This document shows positions 1 to 9,448 of a DNA stretch of 64,000 nt, piece after piece; within the stretch, counting starts at the first letter, position 1; every line of letters begins with the position of its first letter. The stretch spans positions 927,752 through 991,751 of the forward strand of contig OY970327.1 in assembly GCA_963717365.1 (NCBI GenBank). The letters run 5' to 3'. This DNA comes from Candidatus Saccharimonadia bacterium. GTDB lineage: Bacteria > Patescibacteriota > Saccharimonadia > Saccharimonadales > 2-12-FULL-41-12. Position numbers and translations under genes: made by a program. The notes below the pieces were generated by a model that was given only the letters and a program-made list of their open reading frames with translations, was not told where the DNA came from and searched no databases.

Positions 1-2
1 TC

Positions 3-1010
3 ACGCAAAATGTTTCTTTTTTGCTGGCGGTATTTTTACCGCCGGCGGCATTGGGCCTATTTTTGGCAATTCCTTGGAGTAGAGAACAGCCAACAGAGGT
101 TTGGGTGCTGGCCAAGTTACGATTCAAGATCAAACCGCGGTCACGCATTTGGGATCAGGCAGGGCTTGAAGAACTGGTAACAGTCACGGCACCTAAAAAG
201 ATTGAAGTGACACGGACGGACGGTCTCAATCAAGATGAGGTACAAAGTCGGCTCAAGGCACTGGCTGACACAATTGACACGCGCGGCTGGGCGACCAAAA
301 ATATTGGGCTGAATGACCGTATACCGGCTGATAATGACCGGTTGATTGCTCCTTCTATGATGCCTCGTGAGGTTCCAGAAATTGATCTTGAATCCTATGA
401 CGATGTTATGGATGCCGATACAACTGTGTCGGAGAATTTTGGCTATATGATGCAGTCCAGCAGCGATACGTTACGACGGGAATCACTTGAAAAGATGGAG
501 CGCGTACGCCGCGGTGAACCTGTTGATGCAGCCCAGCGGCCAGTAGTTAATTTTACGCCGCCAGTAGCTGACGGTAGCCCACAAAACGGTAGCAATAATT
601 CTGGCGATCAGCAGCTGAGCCAGCAGTTACGCAATAATCGTAGTGCTGGAGACCTTGTTAATAGCAATCTGCGAACTTTGCCAACTATCTCTTCTGGTAG
701 CTCGACGTCAGGCGGGGTTAATCATAATTATCTTAATCCGGCTCCGCCGGTGCAACCACCAGTCGTCCAGCCAGCCGTTACTGAAGATCCGGTAGCAGAC
801 GCTCCACCCGTCGACATGACAACAACCATAATTGACGATGACATAGACGACGTAACACCGGTTGAAGAACCACAAGCAGAAATGACAAGGGCCGCGAATC
901 CTGCTATACTTGAGCTTGCTCATAATAACGATTTAGACATCGCTACAATCGCCCGTCAGGCCAAGAGAGATGACCCGGACGAGAACGAGGTGGTCATCTC
1001 GCTTCGTTAA
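3..1010 (+). CDS. PrgI/VirB3-like small T4SS membrane protein, 5' partial (open to window edge)
   Basis: No in-frame stop upstream of nt 21, so the ORF probably starts before the window. Hydrophobic segment LLAVFLPPAALGLFLAIPW is followed by the basic stretch VLAKLRFKIKPRSR, then a long acidic/Pro-rich tail. It sits two genes upstream of VirB4, separated by the 1072..2037 ORF. Confidence 0.5.
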   Translation, partial: TQNVSFLLAVFLPPAALGLFLAIPWSREQPTEVWVLAKLRFKIKPRSRIWDQAGLEELVTVTAPKKIEVTRTDGLNQDEVQSRLKALADTIDTRGWATKNIGLNDRIPADNDRLIAPSMMPREVPEIDLESYDDVMDADTTVSENFGYMMQSSSDTLRRESLEKMERVRRGEPVDAAQRPVVNFTPPVADGSPQNGSNNSGDQQLSQQLRNNRSAGDLVNSNLRTLPTISSGSSTSGGVNHNYLNPAPPVQPPVVQPAVTEDPVADAPPVDMTTTIIDDDIDDVTPVEEPQAEMTRAANPAILELAHNNDLDIATIARQAKRDDPDENEVVISLR

Positions 1011-1071
1011 AGATAAACAGCATTTATACATTAATTTTGTCACAGAAGAACAGGTGGGAGCCGATTCGACG

Positions 1072-2037
1072 ATGAATCCAACCGATCAACAAAATCAGCC
1101 GCAGTACCAGCCAGCTCCTGGACCGCAGCTAGGGCAAGCACCAATTACCGGCGCTCAGGGGGCAGTGTATGTTGATCCTGGCCAACAGATGCAGGGTGCG
1201 ATGCCGGTAGACCCCCGGACCAATTTCATGCCGGCAATGCAACCGGGAGTAGTAGTACCCGGCGACCCCAACGCGCCTATCAGGATGCCTGGCGCTAAAC
1301 CGCCCGTTAACCCCAATAGCACTCAGAACAACCTGTTGATTGCCGAGATTCGGGACGGTATTGTGATTATGAATGATGGCTCCTTTCGGTCGGTTGTCAT
1401 GCTTAAATCAATTAACTTTGACTTAATGAGCCCATCGGAACGAGAAGGTGTTGAGTTTAGTTATCAAGGGTTCCTAAATTCACTATACTTTCCCCTCCAG
1501 ATCTTTATACGTTCCCAGAAGATCGATATCCGCCCATACATCGAACGGCTCGACAAAATCCGCAGCGAACACGACAACATGCTGCTGGCTCTACTGATGG
1601 ATGATTACATCGACTATATTGACCAACTGGCTTCACAAACAAATATTATGTCTAAGAATTTCTATATCGTTATACCATTCTTGCCAAAAAACGAAGCTAA
1701 TACTTCTTCAAAAAAATCCAGTAAAAATATGCTCGACGGTTTCTCAGGCTTATTCAATGGAGCTAAAACCCATGTGGTGATTGACGAAAAAAAGCTGGAA
1801 GAGGCCAAAGCCGAACTACGCAACCGCGTTCAGGCAGTTTTGAGCGGTCTAATGCAGTGCGGCGTCCAAGGATTACCGCTTGATACTCAAGAATTAATTG
1901 AGTTGTACTACGATACCTATAACCCAGATACTGCTACGCATCAACAGCTTAAGAATTTTAATGACCTGCAAGTACCGATTGTTACCAAGGGCGAAGGCCA
2001 GGCACCACAGCCAGGCTTAGAAAGACAGTTGCTGTAA
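1072..2037 (+). CDS. T4SS-associated protein of unknown function (Q/P-rich N-terminus, globular C-terminal domain)
   Basis: The track ORF 970..2037 overlaps the upstream gene, so the start was moved to the in-frame ATG at 1072 (MNPTDQQNQ...), preceded by GGTGGGAG. The stop overlaps the virB4 ATG (TAATG at 2035-2039). The pattern LLIAEIRDGIVIMNDGSFRSVVMLKSINFDLMSPSERE recalls the N-terminal non-ATPase region of VirB4/TraC-type proteins. Confidence 0.6.
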   Translation: MNPTDQQNQPQYQPAPGPQLGQAPITGAQGAVYVDPGQQMQGAMPVDPRTNFMPAMQPGVVVPGDPNAPIRMPGAKPPVNPNSTQNNLLIAEIRDGIVIMNDGSFRSVVMLKSINFDLMSPSEREGVEFSYQGFLNSLYFPLQIFIRSQKIDIRPYIERLDKIRSEHDNMLLALLMDDYIDYIDQLASQTNIMSKNFYIVIPFLPKNEANTSSKKSSKNMLDGFSGLFNGAKTHVVIDEKKLEEAKAELRNRVQAVLSGLMQCGVQGLPLDTQELIELYYDTYNPDTATHQQLKNFNDLQVPIVTKGEGQAPQPGLERQLL

Positions 2038-3953
2038 TGGCCTTTGGTAAAAAACAACCGCCACCAATGGATCCAATCGCGATTGCTCAGGCCCAAAGAG
2101 CCCGTGAAGAACAAGAAGTTGATATGGCCTTTAAAAAAGGCATTACGGCGCTGCGCGATTTTATTGCGCCTAGTTCAATCGAGTATCATAAAACCCACTT
2201 TCAGCTGGGAACCCGTTACGCGCGAACTTACTTTGTATATGGTTATCCGCGTCAGCTGACCACCGGCTGGATGAGCAGCATGGTAAACCTTGATGAAGTA
2301 CTTGATATCTCGTTGTTTATATATCCGGTAGAGAGCTTGGTGGTCCTTAACAACTTGCGCAAGAAGGTAGCCCAGCTTGAAGCTGGTATTCAAATAGATG
2401 CCGAGAAAGGCCGGGTGCGTGACCCTGCTAAGCAGTCGGCTATCCTTGACGCCGAGGAAATGCGTACAAAGCTGCAAGTTGGCGAGGAGCGTTTCTTCCG
2501 TTTTGGCTTTTATTTCACCCTTTACGGTGACACCATGGACGATCTTGAATTTGTCGCCAATAAGGTCGAGTCTATTCTTGGGCAGCAATTGGTATATTCC
2601 AAGCCAGCCAGCAGCCAACAAGAGCAGGCACTTAATAGTTCGGTGCCGCAGTTTATGGACCAACTACAGATTCGCCGCAACATGAACACCGGTGCTGTTA
2701 GCACTAGTTTCCCGTTCACCAGCGCTGACCTAAGCCAAGATAACGGCATATTATACGGCATCAATATGCATAACAGTGGCCTGGTAATTTTTGACCGTTT
2801 TACTCTGGAAAACGGCAATGCCGTGGTTTTTGCCAAGTCCGGTGCCGGTAAAAGCTTTGCCGTTAAGCTAGAAGCTCTGCGCAGCATGATGATGGGCACG
2901 GAAATCTTTATTATTGACCCGGAAAACGAATACCAGCGCATGTGCGAAGCAGTGGGCGGCGCCTATGTGCGGCTGAGCTTAAACTCAACCGTCCGGATTA
3001 ACCCATTTGATTTGCCGCAGGTAATTGACGTTGACGAGGCTGACAACGCGCTGCGAAGTAACCTCATCACCTTGCACGGCTTGTTACGCCTAATGATGGG
3101 CGGTGCAGCGGCGCAGATGTCTGGCGGTGGCGGCGTGATGGCTGGCGTCATGAGCCCAGCTGAAGAAGCCGACTTAGACGCCGCGCTTATTGAAACATAC
3201 GCCAAGGCTGGCATTACCAACGACCCGTTAACACACTCGTCTCTTCCCCCAACTATTACCGACTTATATGACACGCTCCTGCACATGGGTTCTGCCGGCC
3301 CTCAACTGGCTCAACGTCTGCGCAAATACACCAGCGGTACATTCGCCGGCATATTCTCTCAGCAGAGCAATATCGACATTAATAACCCAATGGTCGTGTT
3401 TAACATTCGGGATTTGGAGGATGAGCTTCGGCCTGTTGCTATGTTTATTGTCCTAAACTTTATCTGGAACAAGACAAAAAGCGACAAAAAGCGTCGTATA
3501 CTAATTGTTGACGAGGCGTGGCAGCTGATGAAATACGAAGACAGCGCCAATTTTATGTTTAGCTTGGCCAAGCGCGCTCGCAAGTATAATCTTGGTATTA
3601 GTACCATCACGCAAGACGTTGAGGATTTTATGGGTTCAAGAATGGGACGAGCGATTGTAGCCAACTCTTCCATGCAGATCCTGCTTAAGCAATCGACTTC
3701 GGCGGTAGACGTATTAGCCGACGTATTTAAATTGACCAGTGAAGAACGTAAACGTTTGAGCCAGTTCCCAGTAGGGCAGGGGCTTTTCTTTGCCGGTCAG
3801 AACCATGTACATATCCAAGTTACCGCCAGTGCCACCGAAAATAATCTGATAACCACTAACCCAGAGCAAGTAAAACAAATTGAACAAGCGGCCGCAATGA
3901 TGGCTGGGGAAGCTACGATTGACTTAAACAACCGTCTTTCACCAGGAATGTAG
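2037..3953 (+). CDS. virB4: VirB4/TrsE/PrgJ-family type IV secretion ATPase
   Basis: Walker A is VVFAKSGAGKSF and Walker B is RRILIVDEAWQLM. ISTITQDVEDF and SMQILLKQ motifs are typical of the VirB4 C-terminal ATPase domain. 638 aa. Confidence 0.9.
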   Translation: MAFGKKQPPPMDPIAIAQAQRAREEQEVDMAFKKGITALRDFIAPSSIEYHKTHFQLGTRYARTYFVYGYPRQLTTGWMSSMVNLDEVLDISLFIYPVESLVVLNNLRKKVAQLEAGIQIDAEKGRVRDPAKQSAILDAEEMRTKLQVGEERFFRFGFYFTLYGDTMDDLEFVANKVESILGQQLVYSKPASSQQEQALNSSVPQFMDQLQIRRNMNTGAVSTSFPFTSADLSQDNGILYGINMHNSGLVIFDRFTLENGNAVVFAKSGAGKSFAVKLEALRSMMMGTEIFIIDPENEYQRMCEAVGGAYVRLSLNSTVRINPFDLPQVIDVDEADNALRSNLITLHGLLRLMMGGAAAQMSGGGGVMAGVMSPAEEADLDAALIETYAKAGITNDPLTHSSLPPTITDLYDTLLHMGSAGPQLAQRLRKYTSGTFAGIFSQQSNIDINNPMVVFNIRDLEDELRPVAMFIVLNFIWNKTKSDKKRRILIVDEAWQLMKYEDSANFMFSLAKRARKYNLGISTITQDVEDFMGSRMGRAIVANSSMQILLKQSTSAVDVLADVFKLTSEERKRLSQFPVGQGLFFAGQNHVHIQVTASATENNLITTNPEQVKQIEQAAAMMAGEATIDLNNRLSPGM

Positions 3954-3956
3954 GAT

Positions 3957-6900
3957 ATGGCAACCGGGACTAAACAACCAGAAAAAAACGAGCACGGCGA
4001 CGAGGTTAAGAAACCTTTATTTCCGGCTGGCGGCAATGAAGGATCGGTTGACTCGCTTAATGAGAAATTTCATGGGCCGACCACCGATAGCCGATTTGAT
4101 CAGATACGAGACCTCCAAAAACAATCAGAGTTAGATGGTTCTGGGTATAACCCCGATGATCCGAGTTCAAAAACAGGTTCGCGAGGTGATATCGGCACGC
4201 GTGAAGCGGCGGGCGGCGGAAGTGGCGCTAGCAGTGCTGTCTCGCCAGCTGAAAAATCATTACAGGCCGACCCTGCGGCAATGGCCGAAGCTAAAGGCAA
4301 AGCCAAGCGCGATGGCCTGTACAGCGGCAAAGAAAAGGAAGGCCGCTTTGGGGGCGGCAAGCCGGGCTCGTTGCGAGCACGACTTACTAATACCGCCAAG
4401 AAGCGGATTACGGTAATAGCTGTGAGCGGCACTTTAGCTGGTGGAGGCATCTTCGGTGGCCAGATTTTGTCCGGGCCCTTCCAGTATGTTCATTTCGCGA
4501 AGCAAATTGGAAAACACTTTAAGAGTAATGAGGAGTTTGGAAACGACCGGACTTCTAAATTATTGTTGTATGCGCTTGTCACCCGAGGCACCCAATCACA
4601 AAAAGGCCGTCTTGGGATCACGACGAACATAGCAGCTAATAAATTTGAGAAAAGACTACTTGAAAAAAGCGGCATGCGACCGGTCTACCAAGCGGGTCTT
4701 GGGCGGTTTATCGGTTTTGAAATTGTAGATGATGTTAAAGCCCGAGAGGTCTTGGGAGATGTTGGGGACAACGATAATCGCGCTTCGCGGCGAGTTGAAC
4801 AATCTATGGGACGTGGAGCAGAGATACGAACAGCCGGCGAAGCTAGGAATGGTAACAATACTACATTACTTCGACCTGATGGCAGTGCCCTGCCTAACGA
4901 CCAACGTTTGGTTGATTTATCAGAAGTTGGAGCCGCCGACCGGCGATCATGGATTAAAACTATAAATAGAGCAAACGGAACCCATTTTATTTCAAGTACT
5001 ATTAGTTCACGAATACTGATTAAGCGGGCAGGTGTTAATTTTCACCCCCTCAATAAAGTTAAAGGGAAAATTGATGCCGCTATTGAGAAAAAGATTATTG
5101 ATAAGCGAGACAAGGAGATTGCTCAAGGAGTAAAGAGTGTTGACGGGCTCAAGGCCGAGAATGATGCGGTAGATGAGAATGGGGATCCTGTCGCCCCCAC
5201 CCAAGAAACAGTTGATGCCACCGATAGCACAAAGAGTTATATTGATGATTTTAAGAACTCTGGGGCGTTTAAAACTACCACAAACGCTGCGGTAATTATT
5301 GGAGTGTTGTGCGCCGCTAAACAGTACGGGGAGGGAATTGAAGATTATAAATATCAAAATAATGTTCTACCGATGATTCGCCTGGGCTTTAATTCAATGG
5401 CCGCCGGTAACCAGGTTATGAGTGGTAGTGACTTGGACATTGGAACATTAGGGGTATTAGTTAAATACATGTACGACAAAGAAAGCGGAACATCTTGGCA
5501 GCATTCAGAGAGCATTCGAGCCGAGCAAGGTAAATCAGGGGGTGTACCAATAGCAAAAGAAGCTGATCTAAGAAATGCCGGCGATAAGCCGCAGTTATTT
5601 GATATTTTAGACAGCGTTCCATTACTTGGGACTGCTTGTGGCGCCGTTAACGGGTTCTTTGGCTTGCCTGTGATAAAAGAAATATCCGGGGCCATTAGCG
5701 CAGTAGCCACCGGGAGTCTTGATCTGGCGCTAAAACCCTTTAACACGAGCACTGGTGAACTTCTAGAATCTTCCATGAAAGCAGTCGCTGGTAAAAGCGT
5801 TGATACTGCAGCCAAGGGCGCACCGTTTGGCAGCCTGGCAAACACTGGTAACTTTTTAGCTGCCAACGATCAAGCAACTTCAGGGGGGGGCCGTGAGGTA
5901 AGTCAGGCTGAGTGGGACAACCTTGATGGCGCCCAAATGGTATACGACGAACAAGACCGGCAAGAACAGCCATTTATTGCCCGGTATTTTGACCCGTACG
6001 AGAGCACTTCTGTAGTAGGCTCTATGATTGATGCCGCGCCGCTTACCCCGTCTCACGCCGCCAGTATGGTGATGAGCCCTATCAATAATATCGGCGCTAG
6101 TTTCTCTGGACTCTTTTCTAGATTCAGCCCTACGGTGAAGGCAGACGCTCCTTATGATTATGGCACTCCTAAGCGCGCGTTCTCACTACAAGAACAGCGT
6201 GATCCATTGTATGAAGATCCGTACGAGAACGGCTTGAGAGACGGCTTGGAAGATGATCTTCCGCGGCTCAACGAAGAATATGGCAAAATATGTCACGGCA
6301 TGTCCGTAACGGTGGATGACTCCGGTGTACATGTTGAAACGACAGCAGCCGTCAATGTATTTAAACTTAAAAAAGAGCACCCAGAGTGTGACGAAAAAGC
6401 AAAAAATGACCCGCGGATCAAGCAATACCGGATGTACCTTGCCGACGCCCAAAATGGGCTAGCCTTAGCCTGCTGGGAAGGAGACGGCGCCTCTTGTCCT
6501 AAGACCGGCTCATCAGGAGCGGGCAGCGCTGGAGTGGGCACAGGCGCAGCAGCCGGCGGATCTACGGCAACACCCGGCCAAGGAGCAGCCAGTATTGTTG
6601 GGGTTGCAGAGGCAGAATATGCCAAGAACGGTAATAAAGCACTCGAAACCTGCGGCCCTAATTGCGGCCCAGAAGTTCAAAAGTATACGGGTGGCCCAAG
6701 CGGCGCAGACGCGCCGTGGTGCGCCTGGTTTGTTAGCTGGGTATACCGCGAGGCTGGGTACGAATTTACCGGCGCTCCAGCTGGAGCAGACGGCAATATA
6801 CCTGGAGTTTCAAACCTAGTTGCGTGGTTTAAGCAGCACGGAACACACATCCCCCAAAATTCCGGAACGAAGCCCCAGCCGGGCGACGTGGTTATGTATG

Positions 6901-7076
6901 GCGGCAGCGTACATACCGGCATAGTGGTTAAAGTTAACGGTGACAATATTGAAACCATAGAAGGGAATACCAGCGGGGACGGCAGTTTTAACGCGGACGG
7001 CGGGACGGTGGGCCGCAAAAGCTTTAACTACAAAACATATTCTTCAAGAAGTATTGAATTTGGAAGGCTAAAGTAA
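3957..7076 (+). CDS. Large polytopic membrane protein with C-terminal CHAP (cysteine/histidine amidohydrolase-peptidase) domain; PrgK/TcpG-like T4SS cell-wall hydrolase
   Basis: The C-terminus carries PWCAWFVSWVYREAGY (catalytic Cys), GGSVHTGIVV (His) and IETIEGNTS. There are several hydrophobic segments (ITVIAVSGTLAGGGIFGG, AAVIIGVLCAA, LLGTACGAVNGFFGLPVI) and a disordered Gly/Ser/Lys-rich N-terminus. It starts 3 nt after the virB4 stop. Confidence 0.8.
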   Translation: MATGTKQPEKNEHGDEVKKPLFPAGGNEGSVDSLNEKFHGPTTDSRFDQIRDLQKQSELDGSGYNPDDPSSKTGSRGDIGTREAAGGGSGASSAVSPAEKSLQADPAAMAEAKGKAKRDGLYSGKEKEGRFGGGKPGSLRARLTNTAKKRITVIAVSGTLAGGGIFGGQILSGPFQYVHFAKQIGKHFKSNEEFGNDRTSKLLLYALVTRGTQSQKGRLGITTNIAANKFEKRLLEKSGMRPVYQAGLGRFIGFEIVDDVKAREVLGDVGDNDNRASRRVEQSMGRGAEIRTAGEARNGNNTTLLRPDGSALPNDQRLVDLSEVGAADRRSWIKTINRANGTHFISSTISSRILIKRAGVNFHPLNKVKGKIDAAIEKKIIDKRDKEIAQGVKSVDGLKAENDAVDENGDPVAPTQETVDATDSTKSYIDDFKNSGAFKTTTNAAVIIGVLCAAKQYGEGIEDYKYQNNVLPMIRLGFNSMAAGNQVMSGSDLDIGTLGVLVKYMYDKESGTSWQHSESIRAEQGKSGGVPIAKEADLRNAGDKPQLFDILDSVPLLGTACGAVNGFFGLPVIKEISGAISAVATGSLDLALKPFNTSTGELLESSMKAVAGKSVDTAAKGAPFGSLANTGNFLAANDQATSGGGREVSQAEWDNLDGAQMVYDEQDRQEQPFIARYFDPYESTSVVGSMIDAAPLTPSHAASMVMSPINNIGASFSGLFSRFSPTVKADAPYDYGTPKRAFSLQEQRDPLYEDPYENGLRDGLEDDLPRLNEEYGKICHGMSVTVDDSGVHVETTAAVNVFKLKKEHPECDEKAKNDPRIKQYRMYLADAQNGLALACWEGDGASCPKTGSSGAGSAGVGTGAAAGGSTATPGQGAASIVGVAEAEYAKNGNKALETCGPNCGPEVQKYTGGPSGADAPWCAWFVSWVYREAGYEFTGAPAGADGNIPGVSNLVAWFKQHGTHIPQNSGTKPQPGDVVMYGGSVHTGIVVKVNGDNIETIEGNTSGDGSFNADGGTVGRKSFNYKTYSSRSIEFGRLK

Positions 7077-7086
7077 AGGGCTGTTA

Positions 7087-7506
7087 ATGATGAGTGCTTT
7101 GTTTAAACAAAAAGTCATAGTTATACCAATATTATTGATTGGAGTTGGAATTTTACTTGTTATTTTACTTAAGCCAGATCCGAAAGTCTCTAACGAGCAA
7201 GCTGATTCAGCACTCACCTTAAGGAACGTGGAAGGGGAGACACGCAACCCAAACAGCGAACTCAGCAAGGTGAATCCTGAGGAGTCGAATCCTCTCCTCG
7301 TACAAGCTGGCTTGCCCTACGAAAATGACCAATATGCTATTACGTATCGTTTTGATCAGCAGAAACCGTCCGGAGTTGTCTTAATCGTCATTGATAAAAC
7401 CAACACCGGCGCGGTTTCCGTCGATGTTCGGGCGGCAACCGCACGATACTTAAACGATCGTAATATTCCATTAAACTCGGTAACTATCGAGTATAAGACA
7501 CGGTAA
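7087..7506 (+). CDS. Small membrane-anchored protein, unknown function (T4SS cluster)
   Basis: N-terminal TM helix VIVIPILLIGVGILLVILL. Co-directional with and tightly packed in the cluster. No recognisable motif. Confidence 0.5.
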   Translation: MMSALFKQKVIVIPILLIGVGILLVILLKPDPKVSNEQADSALTLRNVEGETRNPNSELSKVNPEESNPLLVQAGLPYENDQYAITYRFDQQKPSGVVLIVIDKTNTGAVSVDVRAATARYLNDRNIPLNSVTIEYKTR

Positions 7507-7513
7507 ATTCACT

Positions 7514-9424
7514 ATGATAATTTCTAAGTATTTCTTAAATCAAGTCGGAGTCACGTTAATCAGGCGTTTGCTAATTTTTGCTAGCGTGGTGATCTTTTTA
7601 CTAGCCAGTTCCGCTCCTTATGTTCAGGCGCAGGAAGAATTAAGCCCAGAGCAAATCAAACTGTACAATAAAAACATTTTCTATTTTGAAGATAAAGCTT
7701 GCGGCGCAGACGGCCAAACTTCTCCATCGGCTGCAAGCGGTCCGGTCACAGCAGGAACGGGCGAGCCAACAGGAACTACTTTCCCAAGTCTTTCTCCCGA
7801 CGCTATGGCCCAAGCTATTGATAAATATATCGAAGACACTAATCCAAGCAGCAAATTGTCAGGACTTGGCTCAACAATTGTTGCCAGCTCCAAAAACTCT
7901 AATATAAGTCCGTTCTTAATTGTTGCGATTGCCCAAAAGGAATCTGGCTTGGCAAACCCAAGCGACTTTAACGTCAGGAATGGAAATAATGCTTTTGGAC
8001 GCACCGCAACAACAAGTCAGCCTAATTTTCAGGGAGCACGGCTCTGGTATAAATGGACTTCCGTAAAAGCCAGTGTTGATCATACCGCAACAGAGAATAA
8101 AAATGCCACCGGAGGCGGAGATGTACCTTCCTATATAAGGAAACAGTATGCCTCAAACATAGACGCGGGTGACATGCGAGGCTTCTTTAATAAGTACGCG
8201 CCGGCTTTTGAAAACGATACCGCCAAATATATTACTGACGTCGGTAAGGGAATCGAAAAAATGGCGAGTCTGGCAGAAGCTTCCGCCGGCGGATCCGGCG
8301 CACCCCCTACTGCTCCGGCTGAACCAGCCGAGACAAGTCCGGCGGCGCCTACAGAACCAGCAGCTTCGACCCCGGGACTTTGCCAGTGCGTTGATATAAC
8401 TGGCGGAACATCCGGAGGAGGTTCCGGCGGCAGCGTATCGGTAGAGAAAAACGCCAAAACAATTTTTGACTTCTTTGTTGGCGAGGGTTATACGTCCGAG
8501 CAGGCTGCCGGATTTATTGGTAACTTTTATGCTGAGTCGGAGTTAGATCCGGGCAAAAAGCAAGAGGGTGGTGGCAATGGCTATGGACTTGCGCAGTGGG
8601 ATGACAGACGCGATGAGCTAGAAGCTTACGCTCAGCAGAAAAGTAAACCGGTTGACGATATTATGCTTCAGCTTGATTTCGCAAAGTTTGAACTTGATGG
8701 CACCGAAGGAGCCGCCAAGTCGGCTATCAAAGCAGTGACCGGATCCGGCATCCCAACAGTTGAAAACGTTACCGAAGTTATTATGCTGAAATACGAAAGA
8801 CCAGGCGTACAGAGACTAAGCGAAAGGATCGAAAAAGCTCTCGAATACTACGAGAAGTTTAAAGATAGTTCCAGCGCAGTTGAGGCCGCCAGCAACGCTA
8901 CGGTAAGTTCAGGTTCTGGATGCGGCGGCGGCGCGAGTGGTGGCGGCTCAGGTACCGGCGTTGCAAGCGGTACTTTTGCGTGGCCAATAGAGAAGGCAGT
9001 CGGACCGGTGACGAGTTGTTATGGTATGCGTAGGAGTCCTACTTCCGGAAATATGGCGCTACATACTGGACTTGATATTGCGGCGGCGGCCGGTACAAAA
9101 ATAGGTGCTTCAGATGGAGGAAAGGTAGTTCTAGCCCGCAACACTGACCCCGGTGGTTTTGGAAAAGCCGTTATCATTGAGCACGAAAATGGCAAATGGA
9201 CTCTGTATGGGCACATGAGAGTTGTAACGGTTGCGAAAGACGATAAAGTTGACCAGGGCCAAAAAATTGGAGAAGTAAATAATACCGGATCTTCTGCCGG
9301 AGATCATCTGCATTTTAATATTCAAACAGCGGCGGCCGAAGGAGAGGGGTCTGTTGATCCACTTGATTTCTTGCCTAAGGATGGCCGCGCAGTTAGCGGC
9401 TCAAATTGCCCGGCCTCCCTGTAA
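7514..9424 (+). CDS. Secreted three-module peptidoglycan hydrolase (N-terminal glycosidase-like module, phage-tail-lysozyme-like module, C-terminal M23 metallopeptidase)
   Basis: Signal/TM segment LIFASVVIFLLASSAPYVQA. Module 1 carries SPFLIVAIAQKESGLANP. Module 2 carries GFIGNFYAESELDPGKKQEGGGNGYGLAQWDDRR. M23 motifs are HTGLDIAA, GHM and GDHLHFNI. Modules are joined by P/A-rich and G/S-rich linkers. Confidence 0.8.
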   Translation: MIISKYFLNQVGVTLIRRLLIFASVVIFLLASSAPYVQAQEELSPEQIKLYNKNIFYFEDKACGADGQTSPSAASGPVTAGTGEPTGTTFPSLSPDAMAQAIDKYIEDTNPSSKLSGLGSTIVASSKNSNISPFLIVAIAQKESGLANPSDFNVRNGNNAFGRTATTSQPNFQGARLWYKWTSVKASVDHTATENKNATGGGDVPSYIRKQYASNIDAGDMRGFFNKYAPAFENDTAKYITDVGKGIEKMASLAEASAGGSGAPPTAPAEPAETSPAAPTEPAASTPGLCQCVDITGGTSGGGSGGSVSVEKNAKTIFDFFVGEGYTSEQAAGFIGNFYAESELDPGKKQEGGGNGYGLAQWDDRRDELEAYAQQKSKPVDDIMLQLDFAKFELDGTEGAAKSAIKAVTGSGIPTVENVTEVIMLKYERPGVQRLSERIEKALEYYEKFKDSSSAVEAASNATVSSGSGCGGGASGGGSGTGVASGTFAWPIEKAVGPVTSCYGMRRSPTSGNMALHTGLDIAAAAGTKIGASDGGKVVLARNTDPGGFGKAVIIEHENGKWTLYGHMRVVTVAKDDKVDQGQKIGEVNNTGSSAGDHLHFNIQTAAAEGEGSVDPLDFLPKDGRAVSGSNCPASL

Positions 9425-9448
9425 ATTAATGGTGAAGGAAATGTATAT

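Noticed and set aside
970-1071. N-terminal extensions suggested by the longest-ORF track: 970 for the Q/P-rich protein, 15696 for dnaA, 22584 for the O-antigen-ligase-like gene, 61610 for uppP.
   Set aside because: The extensions overlap neighbouring genes or precede conserved N-termini. Internal ATGs (1072, 15624, 22719, 61619) give the canonical protein starts.
2044-7018. Numerous 60-170-aa ORFs nested in or antisense to virB4 and the CHAP protein (for example 2175..2663, 2522..2941, 5354..5866, 6293..6625). Similar nested ORFs occur throughout the window (for example 23195..23683, 29884..30330, 56924..57304).
   Set aside because: All are fully contained in longer ORFs that carry clear catalytic motifs. 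They are typical shadow ORFs of moderately GC-rich coding DNA.
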